Assembly (NCBI GenBank): GCA_022842645.1
Contig: JALHPE010000001.1
Location: 135,711 to 199,710 of the forward strand
DNA from: Minisyncoccota bacterium
GTDB lineage: Bacteria; Patescibacteriota; Minisyncoccia; Phycocordibacterales; UBA2100
Reading direction: 5' to 3'
DNA: 64,000 nucleotides
Both the position numbers and the translations under genes were made by a program. Of the stretch, positions 58,701-63,631 are shown in pieces; positions within the stretch are counted from its first letter, which is position 1; each line of letters opens with the position of its first letter. The notes under the pieces are model-generated. The model did no database searches. It saw nothing but the letters and a program-made list of their open reading frames with translations, and was not told where the DNA came from.

Positions 58701-59798
58701 AAACTCAATCTCAACCTCAAGACTCGCAAGATCATTCCACGATGAGAGGCCTTCGAGTGGGGCGGAAAAATAACCACCATTCGAATCATTTGAAATATCT
58801 CCTGCAAGATACACTTCGCCACTTTCCCGCCACTGCCCGTCCACGAGATAACGAACGACAAGCGTATTATCCGTGTTCTCAGGAATGCGACTCGCAAATG
58901 AAAAGCCAACACGTGCTTCCTTAAACACTTTCTCACGCAAATCTCCCGAGACACCAAATCCGGAAAAGCGCATCGTATAGCACGGCGTACCAAGCGTTAT
59001 ACACGCCGCAACACTGTTTGTAGAAACCACTCCCGACGGCGTGGATGTATCCGTGGTCGTTGCAAACACCGTCGTACCAATGAGCGAGCGAAGGCGCTGC
59101 AAAAATGCATGCGACTGAGAGTTTCGAGCTCCGGTTGTCGTTGCGCTCGACGAGGCAACATCGAGAGAAGGACTCGAGGTCGCCGTTTCTACCGGTTCCG
59201 ATTCCACGGGCTGTATCGGCGACGGCGCAGGAGTTTCCGCTTCAGTGGGTGTAGTTGTGGCTCCCTCCAAAACCGCTTCACTCGACGACGCAATTTCTTT
59301 AAGAATTGCCTCTCCCTCTGCACCCAAAAATGGCACAAGGAGTGGAAGTGGAAGCTCAGGATCAAAGTAATCGCTTGGTGGTGGCTCAGGATTCGGCGTG
59401 AGCGGCGGGAAGACTGGCGCTTCATCGACAACTGGCTCAGGAGTTTCGGGCAAGACCTCATCCTGAACCCCCTCCTCTGCCTCAAGCACAAGTGATGCCG
59501 CCGTGTCAGTGGTGAAATCATCGAAGAGTGCGCGCGGTGCCATATCTTCGCGAAGCGCATTTTCTGCGCCGAGCCAACCAACACTCGCAACATCGGTTGG
59601 GAAAATATGCACCGTGCGCTCAATCCAATACGCACGCACAAGTCCACTCATGAACCATAAAAGTATGCATGCGGAAAGAATTCCGGTTACAACAAAAAAG
59701 ACACGACGAAAGACACTCCGTCGGAGCCAATTACGCAGAGCTGTAATGTGGTTCAACACGAAAACACGGATCCGGGATCCGTAGCGTAATTTTATCAC
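40788..59798 (-). CDS. Giant surface protein (6336 aa): N-terminal TM, acidic Ig/MG2-like region, 3 tail-collar/HxH repeats, FN3-like and WxGxxW propeller-like repeats, beta-helix-like stalk, DUF2341 domain, C-terminal WxL/pilin-like module type B
   Basis: Uninterrupted 19-kb ORF; GGSATHTH repeats; TYYWRVRA x3; DFDDLRFTD..VWVRVP..YVYYGN (DUF2341). Confidence 0.9.
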   Translation of the reverse strand: MIKLRYGSRIRVFVLNHITALRNWLRRSVFRRVFFVVTGILSACILLWFMSGLVRAYWIERTVHIFPTDVASVGWLGAENALREDMAPRALFDDFTTDTAASLVLEAEEGVQDEVLPETPEPVVDEAPVFPPLTPNPEPPPSDYFDPELPLPLLVPFLGAEGEAILKEIASSSEAVLEGATTTPTEAETPAPSPIQPVESEPVETATSSPSLDVASSSATTTGARNSQSHAFLQRLRSLIGTTVFATTTDTSTPSGVVSTNSVAACITLGTPCYTMRFSGFGVSGDLREKVFKEARVGFSFASRIPENTDNTLVVRYLVDGQWRESGEVYLAGDISNDSNGGYFSAPLEGLSSWNDLASLEVEIEFVRGDTRIPAEIYLDGLWLDTTYRERAQDVLRGEVGDPTVPENVSFTLASARERALSLPDGSQITFAYTDDLDDALFMRADRASYATRRGGSETVVHASITNTGETEEDFALSLALPDGAVRVEQFVRNIASTTEVVIEEDVTYFCETGWDRVRGDRYRCVATEEEHVCSWLNSTRENCLVSDEAVGVHQDVRYYSGWVALETLNERRASARELPPGYAVLADTRKNLTILPGQTLFFRFTIDRAGARPVILAEGSASGDLDTTGLGSERRLRAQAERAERVEQALNEHLSKTEFEADELPTFDFKYNTQRSAPLRFLDRVLGRDSSFTVRAAKLVHESGERIDLPMQAVLGKDGEWRLDFTALPREFKAGRYTLDIQIEEGGRTFGDTVEFFWGILALNTDQSSYMPGEEANLMMAVLDEIGNTVCDADLELSITTPRGEVHDVDIAFSPECGFNNVVEVADYSGLYIPDEEGVYGIELSYYDEDGALAHRLNDSFSVVSSAPFTIRRTGAMRIYPVAEYAMEIEVTAAADFNGEFIESIPESFLVETDAEVRMYGDSKNLVWPLSLKAGESARFRYVYDAPDISPYLYLLGPAEIRADTGMPFNEGRSWKIASDAVGNMLLYWDSTFIPTGWTCVSCLPSDPFYQRFVMGSSTPGVNGGAATHTHSAAGVVAATGATGVADTGGGGADAGLNTHTHTYTPVINSPSNLPPYRHLSIIQHNSTGEPSQIPAGAIAIFDAAVPSGWTRYGAQDGNYIRSEATSTIGSTGGSATHTHTITGNTTAAVGGTNASGAGATVATPTHTHPVSSSTGAVSNEPPFIEVILGKLNATSSPRNGMIAMWSGDPSVGWGTVSSTSEQFANRFLKASTTFGGTGGSATHTHTDMIGIISGTSSATVSRTTTGTSNSTGAHTHSVNVTAFSTTDHQPPFRTAVFAKRAGGATPPGPTLHDILFDNEKTGSSTPYFEFTTNDPDGTDALIYQIQWDDDADLETSPLGNRSSDNETGCSPNCFENRTTPADTSPFTEAERIRFSIQSSLTAGTTYYWRVRARESESVTWGAWATTSSFTYVPNTSPSQWFQTKDAQFDTNTLSSIETYGGDSARLSLAAPSEVLAAYGEGVVQTPRYRFWDGTVWSAEASAQNVGGTVQWIVTKGAPTRDEYVLGTQDGSADVNVQVFNGSTDTWGNLQEVTTSVASTSLRGFDIAYETQSGDAIVVYCDGDADPAYHTWNGTSWTSGGTINLGSANNCEYIKLASDPTSDEIILVARDTGVQYEAQVWNGSAWGNAKTIGSMLETPHEGIGLEYEDSGDQALVTVSNGLSNNFAWTSWNGTEWSINTTQALGDDFEWGRLRADEGTDAMALCYMDNDNDIGVVRWDGNAWSAFSERETGGNTKSGRAVDCAFETTAGRDGYIMIPYADTTNARYQVWDGTSYSAEASISTAEDSWSITTVRAENGVILSFFHDDASGRYDVSSWNGSSWSTRETFDTSPSVTVAPFLQPYDMTQKVFRSGLGTMTGTVIDFDTVPGRPSWGEVIWRTTEPSGTDVKMQVLFESGGSCSTLIPDGVIPGNSTGFDVVASPINLSSISTSTYNRICLRATLSSSNQNTPTLDEWTVSWERQSYLTQIHYRWYVNTSSLTPTDPWPSGGNDVVEDTALTTSFAPSPSDVLRLRLGLLVENVSLSSGDLALRLQYAAGATCSASLSWFDVGGVGSTTAAWRGFDNGSLSDGATIPSVLLSTSDTAETYEESNDSASNPNAVSVGNEGEWDWVLQHNAPNNTSYCFRVVTNGGEAINEYDRYAALTTNSAPGAPTAEAPFDNEAVASTSPWFQFVAEDAESDDVTYQIQIDDDFAFGSPNIDRDSQTNFDDFSNLVTPSDKDPFIPAQSVRFTPPTALVNGTTYYWRVRAKDRNRSNEWSSWSSISSVTIDTSVTISTWRETTLFQFANNTLDDTEATTTGDVVLTPPLTNGTTTGPLIDYDSKTSGNAWGELAWTDNETAGDIKYSIEYYNGTDWVLIPEADLSGNAAGFDTSPVSLLSVSPSTYNEIRVRGVFTNIGGTPRLQDWTIRWGFAVEQPTLFSLFDNEKTATVTPSFTFRSSDPQNDDLIYELSISTTPDFSASTTRNSASHAGFVNTASSTDTSPFVSNNTVRFTLQGADALTNGQTYWWRVRARDPLGANVSSVWSPLRSFTVDTSVIVSTWFETTDEQFDTNRLSDIETNGGSAQITSTIREAFAVYAEGTVQVPRFRLWNGSSWGSELSAASVGDVIRFAEAAAAPTRDEYAIGTQGATGAIDAQVVDGTTDTGGNKARLVNVVPDLTQRGFDVAYETQSGDLLAVACSGTEAVYSVWNGTSWSATSSISLSVSANCEWIKLASDPASDEIILLARDATTGASDYEALVWSGSSWGNSLVFGSQVGVNNEGIALEYEESGNQALAVVSNGANNNFVWSAWNGSSWAATSTVATGNDFSAGRLARDSGSDKLTLCYVDIDADIGYAEWTGSAWGAISEFELTGNSATGRPISCEYETTAGRDSYIMMPYSDTIQAEYVFWNGSILSSASLLTTISDATEVRTARTGDGNILAFAYDDANTEYDFSFWNGSAWSAEQVLETTSITTVTPATIPLDIVARRYPAVTSGSIETSAIAFSDGTGPKWGAITLSRTTPGASTVRVFLDYLTSTSSWAIIPDTDFPGNSVGTTTSPVDISNINRITYNTIRMRAALSCVAGNCPQLNDWTLTWSEGLNISGTAQAYDQSTNLTSGTVHVAVNGILQSGKTGTISGGTWTIPNVTFFTGDTITVFIDGAADSGEAVAITRYDGIGDITNMNLYERHVTLGSSDNQTLSNAQIGQYDNSVSADEDIFFEVDAGNDLSACVVSGCSDVELLVRSGTTYQPDSSSSGNVTTRHIEINGAITADGNSFFVSGNWDNNGVFTKNTSTVVFTATSSSATIDSTSASTSAFHNATFGQTSGNATWTFGSPLDVDNTLSIQHGTTSLGSQPLTIGGNLTIGANGVFAKGSATTTFDGTGTSIWTDSTSLKQDLGRVVIDGTSKTITLGAAAKVTDLTIGADDTFSVDNNYALEVLGNWTNNNAFLAQNGTVTFTATTTGRTITPGNSSFYNLTFNGTGGNWAFSGGVATTTNDFTITNGTVTLPTATTTIGGSFSNAATFMHNNGAVRFNASSAKTITPGSSSFFDMAFDGTGSWSFTSANATSSRHVTISNGTLTLPSGTFAVGGSFAKNGGSFAHNNGTLRLTASGAQTVRLNSSDVYTLTFAGTGSWSFVDTNATVANNLNFENGAATLPGGTLSLGGSLLATSGTFTANSGTLRLTATTTGKTINPGSSSFANVTFDSATGGWTVSSNATTTSAFTITSAASFTQASGTTLSVGGTFTNSVGGTNTTWTGATLSLVSGTSYSLNTKANTGDTYGTLSLGANTDVRMWNSSAGTTTVNATGSLYSQDHAAVDGDLYVWGEYVGSDEYWNYANDFDGTVLSGGSRRAANVRIAPSASVSIGGTLRMLGDAVASTTVANQGSGTFALSVQGTVNAQYYRVRNTDANGFGLYGTTTVTSLAQGDFELGSTGGTMLSLSQGTINQNPALQIQQVRFATSTGVSSGFNVTATGTPISYVWFRNHYGNYASEAYDSDLGGNPGFVRFDDSGFSITVSGNVYSDRGTTAIGAPCDGTTPVVKIAVGGGTYSGSCNAGSGAFSISGVEFTGDAVLTAFLDTNGGKRAVTVTKTPTGNLSGFHLYERALILRHEDVTPISVADLVSYDADNDSDVFFSAATGSPNTLVVQPENELYVWGGKTFTPGGNVTLQSGGSGDARDGRFALGASAVFTAAGSQSHSVGGGFVTESGATFTSASSTFTFTATTTGKSINAASAMSFNNLVFNGGGGWSFDGAQLTANNMFQISSGTISGTGNVVAAAGVTGNGTIAMTSGTFTLGAGSFGGSSAWIFNNLTFGSGTGSSTKAGTGTTTITNVLRIESGRTLEAGTSPWVLAGSGTPFSIAGTFTVQSAPFFYTGTTTTNIADTTYSALALAPSVGGTPSYVFMGGILSASSVTIGGANPVSLTANTNDPSITVSGNLSIGSSSTFIASNTGALQVGGSWTNSGTFTHSGGTVTFNSNDTGETISTGGSSFANVTINNAAGGWTINSNATTTSAFTLTSAASFTQASGTTLSVGGTFTNSVGGAATTWTGSTLSLVSGTSYSLNTKANTGDTYGTLSIASNTDVRMWNSSAATTNVNATGSLYSQDHAAQDGDLFIWGEYTRSTGADYWSYATDFDGTALGGSGRQVDVRVASSSSLSFTGGVLDIIGTTTASTTLAVQGSGAFSFALSGGTLSATHYELRNLDANGLALSGSPTISALADGYLELSVNGGSLMTVAGSVINANPLKTFMRVGFATSSGISSGTNVRATGTSASSWKFNLHYGSLYGESYDDDPAGDPGYLRWDDSASDITITGNVYSDEGTTVSTVCDGSTPVVRLLIEGGSPQTSSCNAGTGAFNFSSVFFNPGDTLTLYLDTNGGRKAVNVSSDPITNISDMHLYENRVIVRHEDTSPLTIASMAVYDSDNDTDIIFNATDAATDTLVLPPETKLIVWDTKTFAPAGNITLQSGGSGSAWDGSLRVKSSASLLFAGTQTHTIGGNFELDSGATFTAANSTVTFTATTTGKTINPQSSSFYNLTFNGSGGNWSFSTSTITTASDLTITNGTVTLATATTTVGGSFGNTGGTFMHNNGAVVLNATTTGKTIRANGSNFALLVASSTAGSWTFLDTNATSTSFTINAGVVTLPSGTLALGASFDAQGGTFTNAAGTLRFTSSVSNRTIRAGSSAFYNIRFDGTGSWAFLDTNVSVNDMTWVQGSTTLAVGTTTMTGSLNASAGTFNAPSGTLRLTATTTGKTINPGSSSFANVTFDSATGGWTINSNATTTSAFTLTSAASFTQASGTTLSVGGTFTNSVGGAATTWTGSTLSLVSGTSYSLNTKANTGDTYGTLSIASNTDVRMWNSSAATTNVNATGSLYSQDHAAQDGDLFIWGEYTRSTGADYWSYATDFDGTALGGSGRQVDVRVASSSSVAFSGGTLAIVGQAGATSTVRVQGTGRYAFSLAGGTLNASYYEFRNTNTSGVSISGTPTISSLSNGDFELDLTGGAMLTLAGTAIDANASLQISNVRFATSSGVSSGTNVTRTGTPVSAWTFIDSQGNFDGEAYDSDGVDDCGAVRWSDSACLFVSQEHFRWRNDDGGEGVPTSEWFNAAWSKRKRIAITNNAASAVSNLPVKIELAYDADMQADFDDLRFTDSTGTTTVPFWVESVSASATSTVWVRVPSLPASGSALVYVYYGNGSASSASDGDGTFGFFDDFEDDNISEYSGDTSTFDVDTSFNKHGSYGLDAGANVDDRTTSGIRRTGSLMAQGETIRFFQYVDASFDDEPCTYFAVQGSAQNYAVCLDQFPSDRLIIAENVTSNDGSGTVLASTTVSYTTGWYEVEVDWLSGNTIEAYVYTDSGTLFATASTTDSSYTSGGAGFGFWGQHGGWDSYMTRPYISADPSYIVGLEQSSNGATWKAAEDATLLGQAINQNIRLRFSVLNTGSPLSGQLFRLQVAPKGASLNCESVPSVNYNDVPVAGSCGSSPACMKSSSNFVDQDTTAGLLSYPANKSFVAGRMVEDSSNQSASSSVPTNAATEIEYNFELTSNAVQNSYCFRSTNGGIAFDNYAQVAEAVLLHTPQISGFTLNGANNIALTEGATTTISATGTVSDLNGFADILSSTSTFYRSGVGPQCSADFNSCYPPGETICSLSNCSGNSCTISCSASIYYFADATDAGSSFAAENWLSRVQVTDASGASDVETPIGVEMLTLFGLSLDTSGINFGSLEVGQNTGTTNATTTLRNTGNTNIDIQLSGTNLTDGSSSIAVGEQKFATTTFAYSACAICQFLTGSAANLELDLPKPTSTSTPITDELYWGINVPSGTAATLHAGTNTFIATSD
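43518..46291 (-). repeat. 467-bp apparently identical direct repeat (43518-43984 and 45825-46291); third, more diverged copy at about 48445-48761
   Basis: Direct DNA comparison, offset 2307 bp (in frame); identical protein segments. Confidence 0.9.
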
Positions 59799-59846
59799 CC
59801 CAATCGCATGAAAAGGGGCATAATTCCTTGTGTTTTGGGGTCAATG

Positions 59847-61289
59847 TTACTGTCCCCTCACCTTCTTCTTCAGATCCTCGATACTGGTATCCACCAGCTC
59901 CTCTGAAATATCCAGAACTTCCTTGATTTTCTCGAGAAAATCGCGCTCTGTGGGGGTTAACTGTGGCTTTTCGTCAAAATCGTTCACCATTTGCTCAAAT
60001 TCTTCACGCATGGCCGAGAACACTTTGTCGTTTTTGTCGCGCACTTCTAAGACGGACTGAAGGAGTCGTGCCTTCTCTTCCTCCACTCGCTTCTTGGCGT
60101 AGTATTGCGAGGTACCCAATCCCCCAATCACGAGCGCAAAGAGGATGGTGAGAATGCGCTCAATCGTCCAGATTTTGTTTTCTACTGGCGGCGGCTCTCC
60201 TCCTTTCGTGGGCTTCACGACTTTCGGAAGTTCAAGATCTTTCTGTGCACTCTGCGCATTCCCCGCTTTATCAATTGCCTTGATGGTCACTTTCTGCATA
60301 CCCCCCTCTTGCGGCGGCACAGGGATTAAACCGCCGGCGATGTCTCCTGCTTTGACGGTAAGAACAGTATCCTCTCCAAAAATAATTTCATACCGATCAA
60401 GTCCAGAGAGTTCATCGGTGGTTTCAACGCCAAAGCTCGGCTTCTCTCCATCAACAAGACGTATCTCAAATTCTTTTGGTGGCACAGTATCAATCTGCAC
60501 TTTGCGCACTCCCTGATCTCCCCACCCAAACTCGTTTTTATACTGCGCATGAAAGAACCAGACACCATCCCCTGGTGCAACCACCACCTGAGACGTTGCG
60601 GTCTTTTGATCTTGCAACGATGTAGGTTGTACTATCTCGACATCACTCAGAAGTGTGCGTGTACCAGTAACGTCAACTGTCGGTCTCCACGAAAACGCAA
60701 TGGTGGTTGTACCATACCAATTCTCTGGCTTTGAGTGTGTCGAAGAATTAATAATCGGAGCGATAGGGATGATGCCATCTCCACCTCCACCAGTCTCTTC
60801 GGCAGAACCCTCTCCTGCAGGTCCGATTGTGAGCGTTGCGGTACCACCTTTCTCATACACATCAGTACCCTTGCCGTCCGCCGCCAAGACCGCGCCTTTC
60901 GTAAACGAAAGTGCCGCACTTCCCTCTTTTTTTGGTGTAAAAACGATCGAGATTACAGTGCCACTATTTGAAAACGCGGTCGGCGTACCACCGCTAAACG
61001 AAACGGTACCCGCTGAATTTGAAAACGCAGGCTCAGCCGTCCAGAGAGAAAACGCAGAGCCGTCTTTGCTGATACGCGCAACAGAAAGTGCCGAAGCATC
61101 AAATGAAACCGTACCATCGGCCGCATTCACACTCTTTCCCTTCGGATCAAGGGTGACTTTCACCGTAAACTCCGCTCCATTTGGAAACGTGCCGCTCGGG
61201 GGAGAAAAATTGAGTTCCGCTGCGCCTGATGCAAAAGGAAAGAGAAACGCAAACGCGAGCACTGTCCGTGCAAAGAGCCGGCTTCCCAT
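59847..61289 (-). CDS. Cohesin-domain protein with Ig-like domains, TM anchor and cytoplasmic coiled coil
   Basis: VNAADGTVSF, ISKDGSAFSLWTAEPAFSNSAGTVSFSGGTP, AADGKGT, DELSGLDRYEI, AIDKAGN; TACGAT 6 nt before ATG 61289. Confidence 0.85.
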   Translation of the reverse strand: MGSRLFARTVLAFAFLFPFASGAAELNFSPPSGTFPNGAEFTVKVTLDPKGKSVNAADGTVSFDASALSVARISKDGSAFSLWTAEPAFSNSAGTVSFSGGTPTAFSNSGTVISIVFTPKKEGSAALSFTKGAVLAADGKGTDVYEKGGTATLTIGPAGEGSAEETGGGGDGIIPIAPIINSSTHSKPENWYGTTTIAFSWRPTVDVTGTRTLLSDVEIVQPTSLQDQKTATSQVVVAPGDGVWFFHAQYKNEFGWGDQGVRKVQIDTVPPKEFEIRLVDGEKPSFGVETTDELSGLDRYEIIFGEDTVLTVKAGDIAGGLIPVPPQEGGMQKVTIKAIDKAGNAQSAQKDLELPKVVKPTKGGEPPPVENKIWTIERILTILFALVIGGLGTSQYYAKKRVEEEKARLLQSVLEVRDKNDKVFSAMREEFEQMVNDFDEKPQLTPTERDFLEKIKEVLDISEELVDTSIEDLKKKVRGQ

Positions 61290-61338
61290 GTGTGTATCGT
61301 AGCGGTATTTTGGGGCTTTAGGAAACAAGACGTGTGGA

Positions 61339-61818
61339 CTAAACCTCTTTGATTGCAATGCGAATACCACGATCGCTTGAGTGTTTGAGTGGGAGATGCA
61401 GCATCAAGACCCCCTCTTTCATCACGGCCTCTGTCTTTACAGGATCCACTTCTGCGGGGAGTATGATTTGGCGATAAAATTTGCCCCACGAACATTCAGA
61501 GAGCACTTGCTCCATGTGCTCTTGCGCAACGCCGTTTTCAAAATGTGCGAGCTCAGGACGTGTGCGCTCGCCCTTGATAGTCACAATGTCGCCATCACCC
61601 TCAATCTGCACCGTATATTGCTGGATATTCGCCCCTGCGATCTGTGCGTAAATTACAATCGTGCTCTGTGTTTGAAAAATATCCACCCTGAGTTGCTCCG
61701 CAACAGCCGCAGGCTCCTCGGGTGGCTTGTTTTGCATCGCAATCTTCTCCTGCTTTGCATCTTCAGGATTCGATGGCACGAGATCTTTTTTCTTGAGACG
61801 ATCAAGGAATGAGGACAT
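61339..61818 (-). CDS. Hsp20/alpha-crystallin small heat-shock protein
   Basis: VDIFQT, IKGER, ECSWGKFYRQIILP..VD..A.MKEGVL. Confidence 0.92.
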   Translation of the reverse strand: MSSFLDRLKKKDLVPSNPEDAKQEKIAMQNKPPEEPAAVAEQLRVDIFQTQSTIVIYAQIAGANIQQYTVQIEGDGDIVTIKGERTRPELAHFENGVAQEHMEQVLSECSWGKFYRQIILPAEVDPVKTEAVMKEGVLMLHLPLKHSSDRGIRIAIKEV

Positions 61819-61896
61819 AGCGCGGTTTCCCTACCGGTCTTTGCATCATACCGTCGTTTCTCTCATTTCGCCCGCGTTTTAATGTGGATAGCCTCT

Positions 61897-62451
61897 TCAT
61901 TCTTTCTTAAGACCAGGCAATATCTCAATCCGCGTAAATGGAAACAACCGCACAATCGGTCGCCCTAAAAGATATCTCTCCTTCACCGGCCCCCACACTC
62001 TCGAATCCGAACTCGCTTCGCGGCTATCGCCGAGTACAAAGTATTCATCTCCCGTAAGACTAATTGATGAATCTTCCTTCATCGCACCATTTCGATACGG
62101 CTCGTCCAAAATAATTGCTTCATCTCCCGCGCCAATCTTTACTTCCCCACCCTCAATCCGCACGGTTTCCCCTGGAAGCCCGATCACGCGCTTAATAAAG
62201 TACGTCGAAGGATCGAGCGGATATTTAAATACAATCACGTCACCTCGCCCCGGCTTTTCGGTGCGATACGTAAGGCGATCGATGATGAGATAGTCATGCG
62301 CATTGAAGGTAGGTACCATCGATGCGCCTGAGACGATAAATGGTTGCGCCACAAAGTAGCGAAACGGCGTCACGATTGCAAAAACAACAAACACAAACCC
62401 CAGAATGCGCCCGGTACGTGTCATCCACTGCGGATATACCACCTCGTTCAT
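61897..62451 (-). CDS. lepB: Signal peptidase I
   Basis: VSGASMVPT (catalytic Ser), RGDVIVF, FIKRVIGLPGE (catalytic Lys), GD..SSDSRVWG. Confidence 0.95.
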   Translation of the reverse strand: MNEVVYPQWMTRTGRILGFVFVVFAIVTPFRYFVAQPFIVSGASMVPTFNAHDYLIIDRLTYRTEKPGRGDVIVFKYPLDPSTYFIKRVIGLPGETVRIEGGEVKIGAGDEAIILDEPYRNGAMKEDSSISLTGDEYFVLGDSREASSDSRVWGPVKERYLLGRPIVRLFPFTRIEILPGLKKE

Positions 62452-62507
62452 TGGGGTAGTATACCTTTTAGGCGGTGGACTTGGTCAGGAACACTTTATA
62501 TAAAGAA

Positions 62508-62545
62508 AAATGACTGTCTACAGAATGCGCTATAGACAGTCATTT
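62508..62545 (-). terminator. Intrinsic terminator after the VOC gene
   Basis: AAATGACTGTCTA / TAGACAGTCATTT 13-bp stem followed by a T-rich run on the minus strand. Confidence 0.75.
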
Positions 62546-62546
62546 C

Positions 62547-62894
62547 TTATTTCTTCTGGATCAAAAGCACGTCGCGTCCATCAGGATCGTTAATATAAAC
62601 GAACTTTGAATCCTCAGTATCCCGAACCGGCATTTTTGCCTCAATCTGAAATCGTGAAGCCACTTCCAACGCCACTTCAATTGAGTCGACATTGATCATC
62701 AAAGCGTCACGTGCAAAGACGGGTGAACGAAGATATATTTCTAGCACGATTTCATCTGACATTGGAGCGACCTCATAGTGAAGTGGTCCGCCGTGCTGAT
62801 GTTCATATACTCCGAGTCCTAGTTCTGCGTAGAAGCGCGCAGTTTCGTGCCGATTAGCGGCACGAAATACCATCCCAGCGATACTCGCCACCAT
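62547..62894 (-). CDS. VOC/glyoxalase-like protein
   Basis: FY..LGL, HQHGGPLHY, DPDGRDVLL. Confidence 0.85.
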   Translation of the reverse strand: MVASIAGMVFRAANRHETARFYAELGLGVYEHQHGGPLHYEVAPMSDEIVLEIYLRSPVFARDALMINVDSIEVALEVASRFQIEAKMPVRDTEDSKFVYINDPDGRDVLLIQKK

Positions 62895-63015
62895 GTCGAT
62901 TCCTCCTCGAGAGAGCCGCCTGGAGACAATAAATCCTAAAATTCTTTAAAAAGCAAATAAGTGCAAGATTGCTGATGGACATCATGTGTCCGTCCTGTGC
63001 CCTTCTTAGCTCCAC

Positions 63016-63047
63016 ACAAAACGACTGCCCGGAGACAGTCGTTTTGT
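63016..63047 (-). terminator. Intrinsic terminator after tRNA-Asp
   Basis: ACAAAACGACTG / CAGTCGTTTTGT inverted repeat. Confidence 0.75.
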
Positions 63048-63053
63048 TATTTG

Positions 63054-63127
63054 CGCGAGTGAAGGGACTCGAACCCTCGACCTTCCCCGTGACAGGGGGA
63101 CGCTCTAACCAACTGAGCTACACCCGC
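63054..63127 (-). tRNA. tRNA-Asp(GTC), CCA not encoded
   Basis: GCGGGTG..TCCCC-CTGTCAC-GGGGA..GGTTCGAGTCC..CACTCGC-G. Confidence 0.95.
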
Positions 63128-63145
63128 AATACAGGGCACTCTATC

Positions 63146-63400
63146 TCACTTTCCCCCTCTTTTCAAACCGATCACATCCCTCACCACATCCACCCCCGAA
63201 ACAAGCCCCCACACCGCATTCGTGATCATGAAGGGCACCGCATCAAGATGATATGCATACGCGAAAAGCCCAAGCGCTGAAATGAAATTGAAAAGGTCAT
63301 ACCAGATACTTTCGCTTGAGAGCTTCCCCCATTCATTCGCAACGAACGCAAAGAGAAGTAGTCCCGCAGAAGCAATTCCCAGAAGCTCAATGGGTTCCAT
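63146..63400 (-). CDS. Small three-TM membrane protein (CBU_0592-like)
   Basis: G..LL.AF, Y...N, PF...N.VW pattern; TATACT 6 nt before ATG 63400. Confidence 0.8.
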   Translation of the reverse strand: MEPIELLGIASAGLLLFAFVANEWGKLSSESIWYDLFNFISALGLFAYAYHLDAVPFMITNAVWGLVSGVDVVRDVIGLKRGGK

Positions 63401-63504
63401 ACACAAAGTATACGATGCATTTTGAGAAAAGTATGAAAACCTTAGGTTTTCATACAAAAGGAGTCGCGCAGCGATTGTTGGAAAACCGAGAGTTTCCAAG
63501 ATTG

Positions 63505-63578
63505 TGTCGGGGGAGAGGCTCGAACTCTCGACCTAGCGCTTATGAAACGCTCGCTCTAACCAACTGAGCTACCCCGAC
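63505..63578 (-). tRNA. tRNA(CAT), probably elongator Met (Ile2 not excluded), CCA not encoded
   Basis: GTCGGGG..AGCGT-TTCATAA-GCGCT..CCCCGAC-A; the G1-C72 pair argues against initiator. Confidence 0.9.
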
Positions 63579-63631
63579 AAGAGGTAAACAGAGTGAGGAT
63601 AGCCTATTGCGGGGGCAATTTCAATTGGCAA

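Noticed and set aside
40889-59784. Many + strand ORFs up to 306 aa within the giant genes
   Set aside because: Shadow frames of S/T/G/A-rich codons (V/P/A/L-rich translations) with no independent motifs
19552-59798. Prophage, suggested by tail-fibre-like motifs
   Set aside because: No capsid, terminase, portal or lysis genes; the fibre-like proteins have signal/TM segments and sit among cell-surface genes
10797-61289. Cellulosome
   Set aside because: Cohesins are single-copy per protein and no glycoside hydrolase or clear CBM-enzyme was recognised on the dockerin carriers
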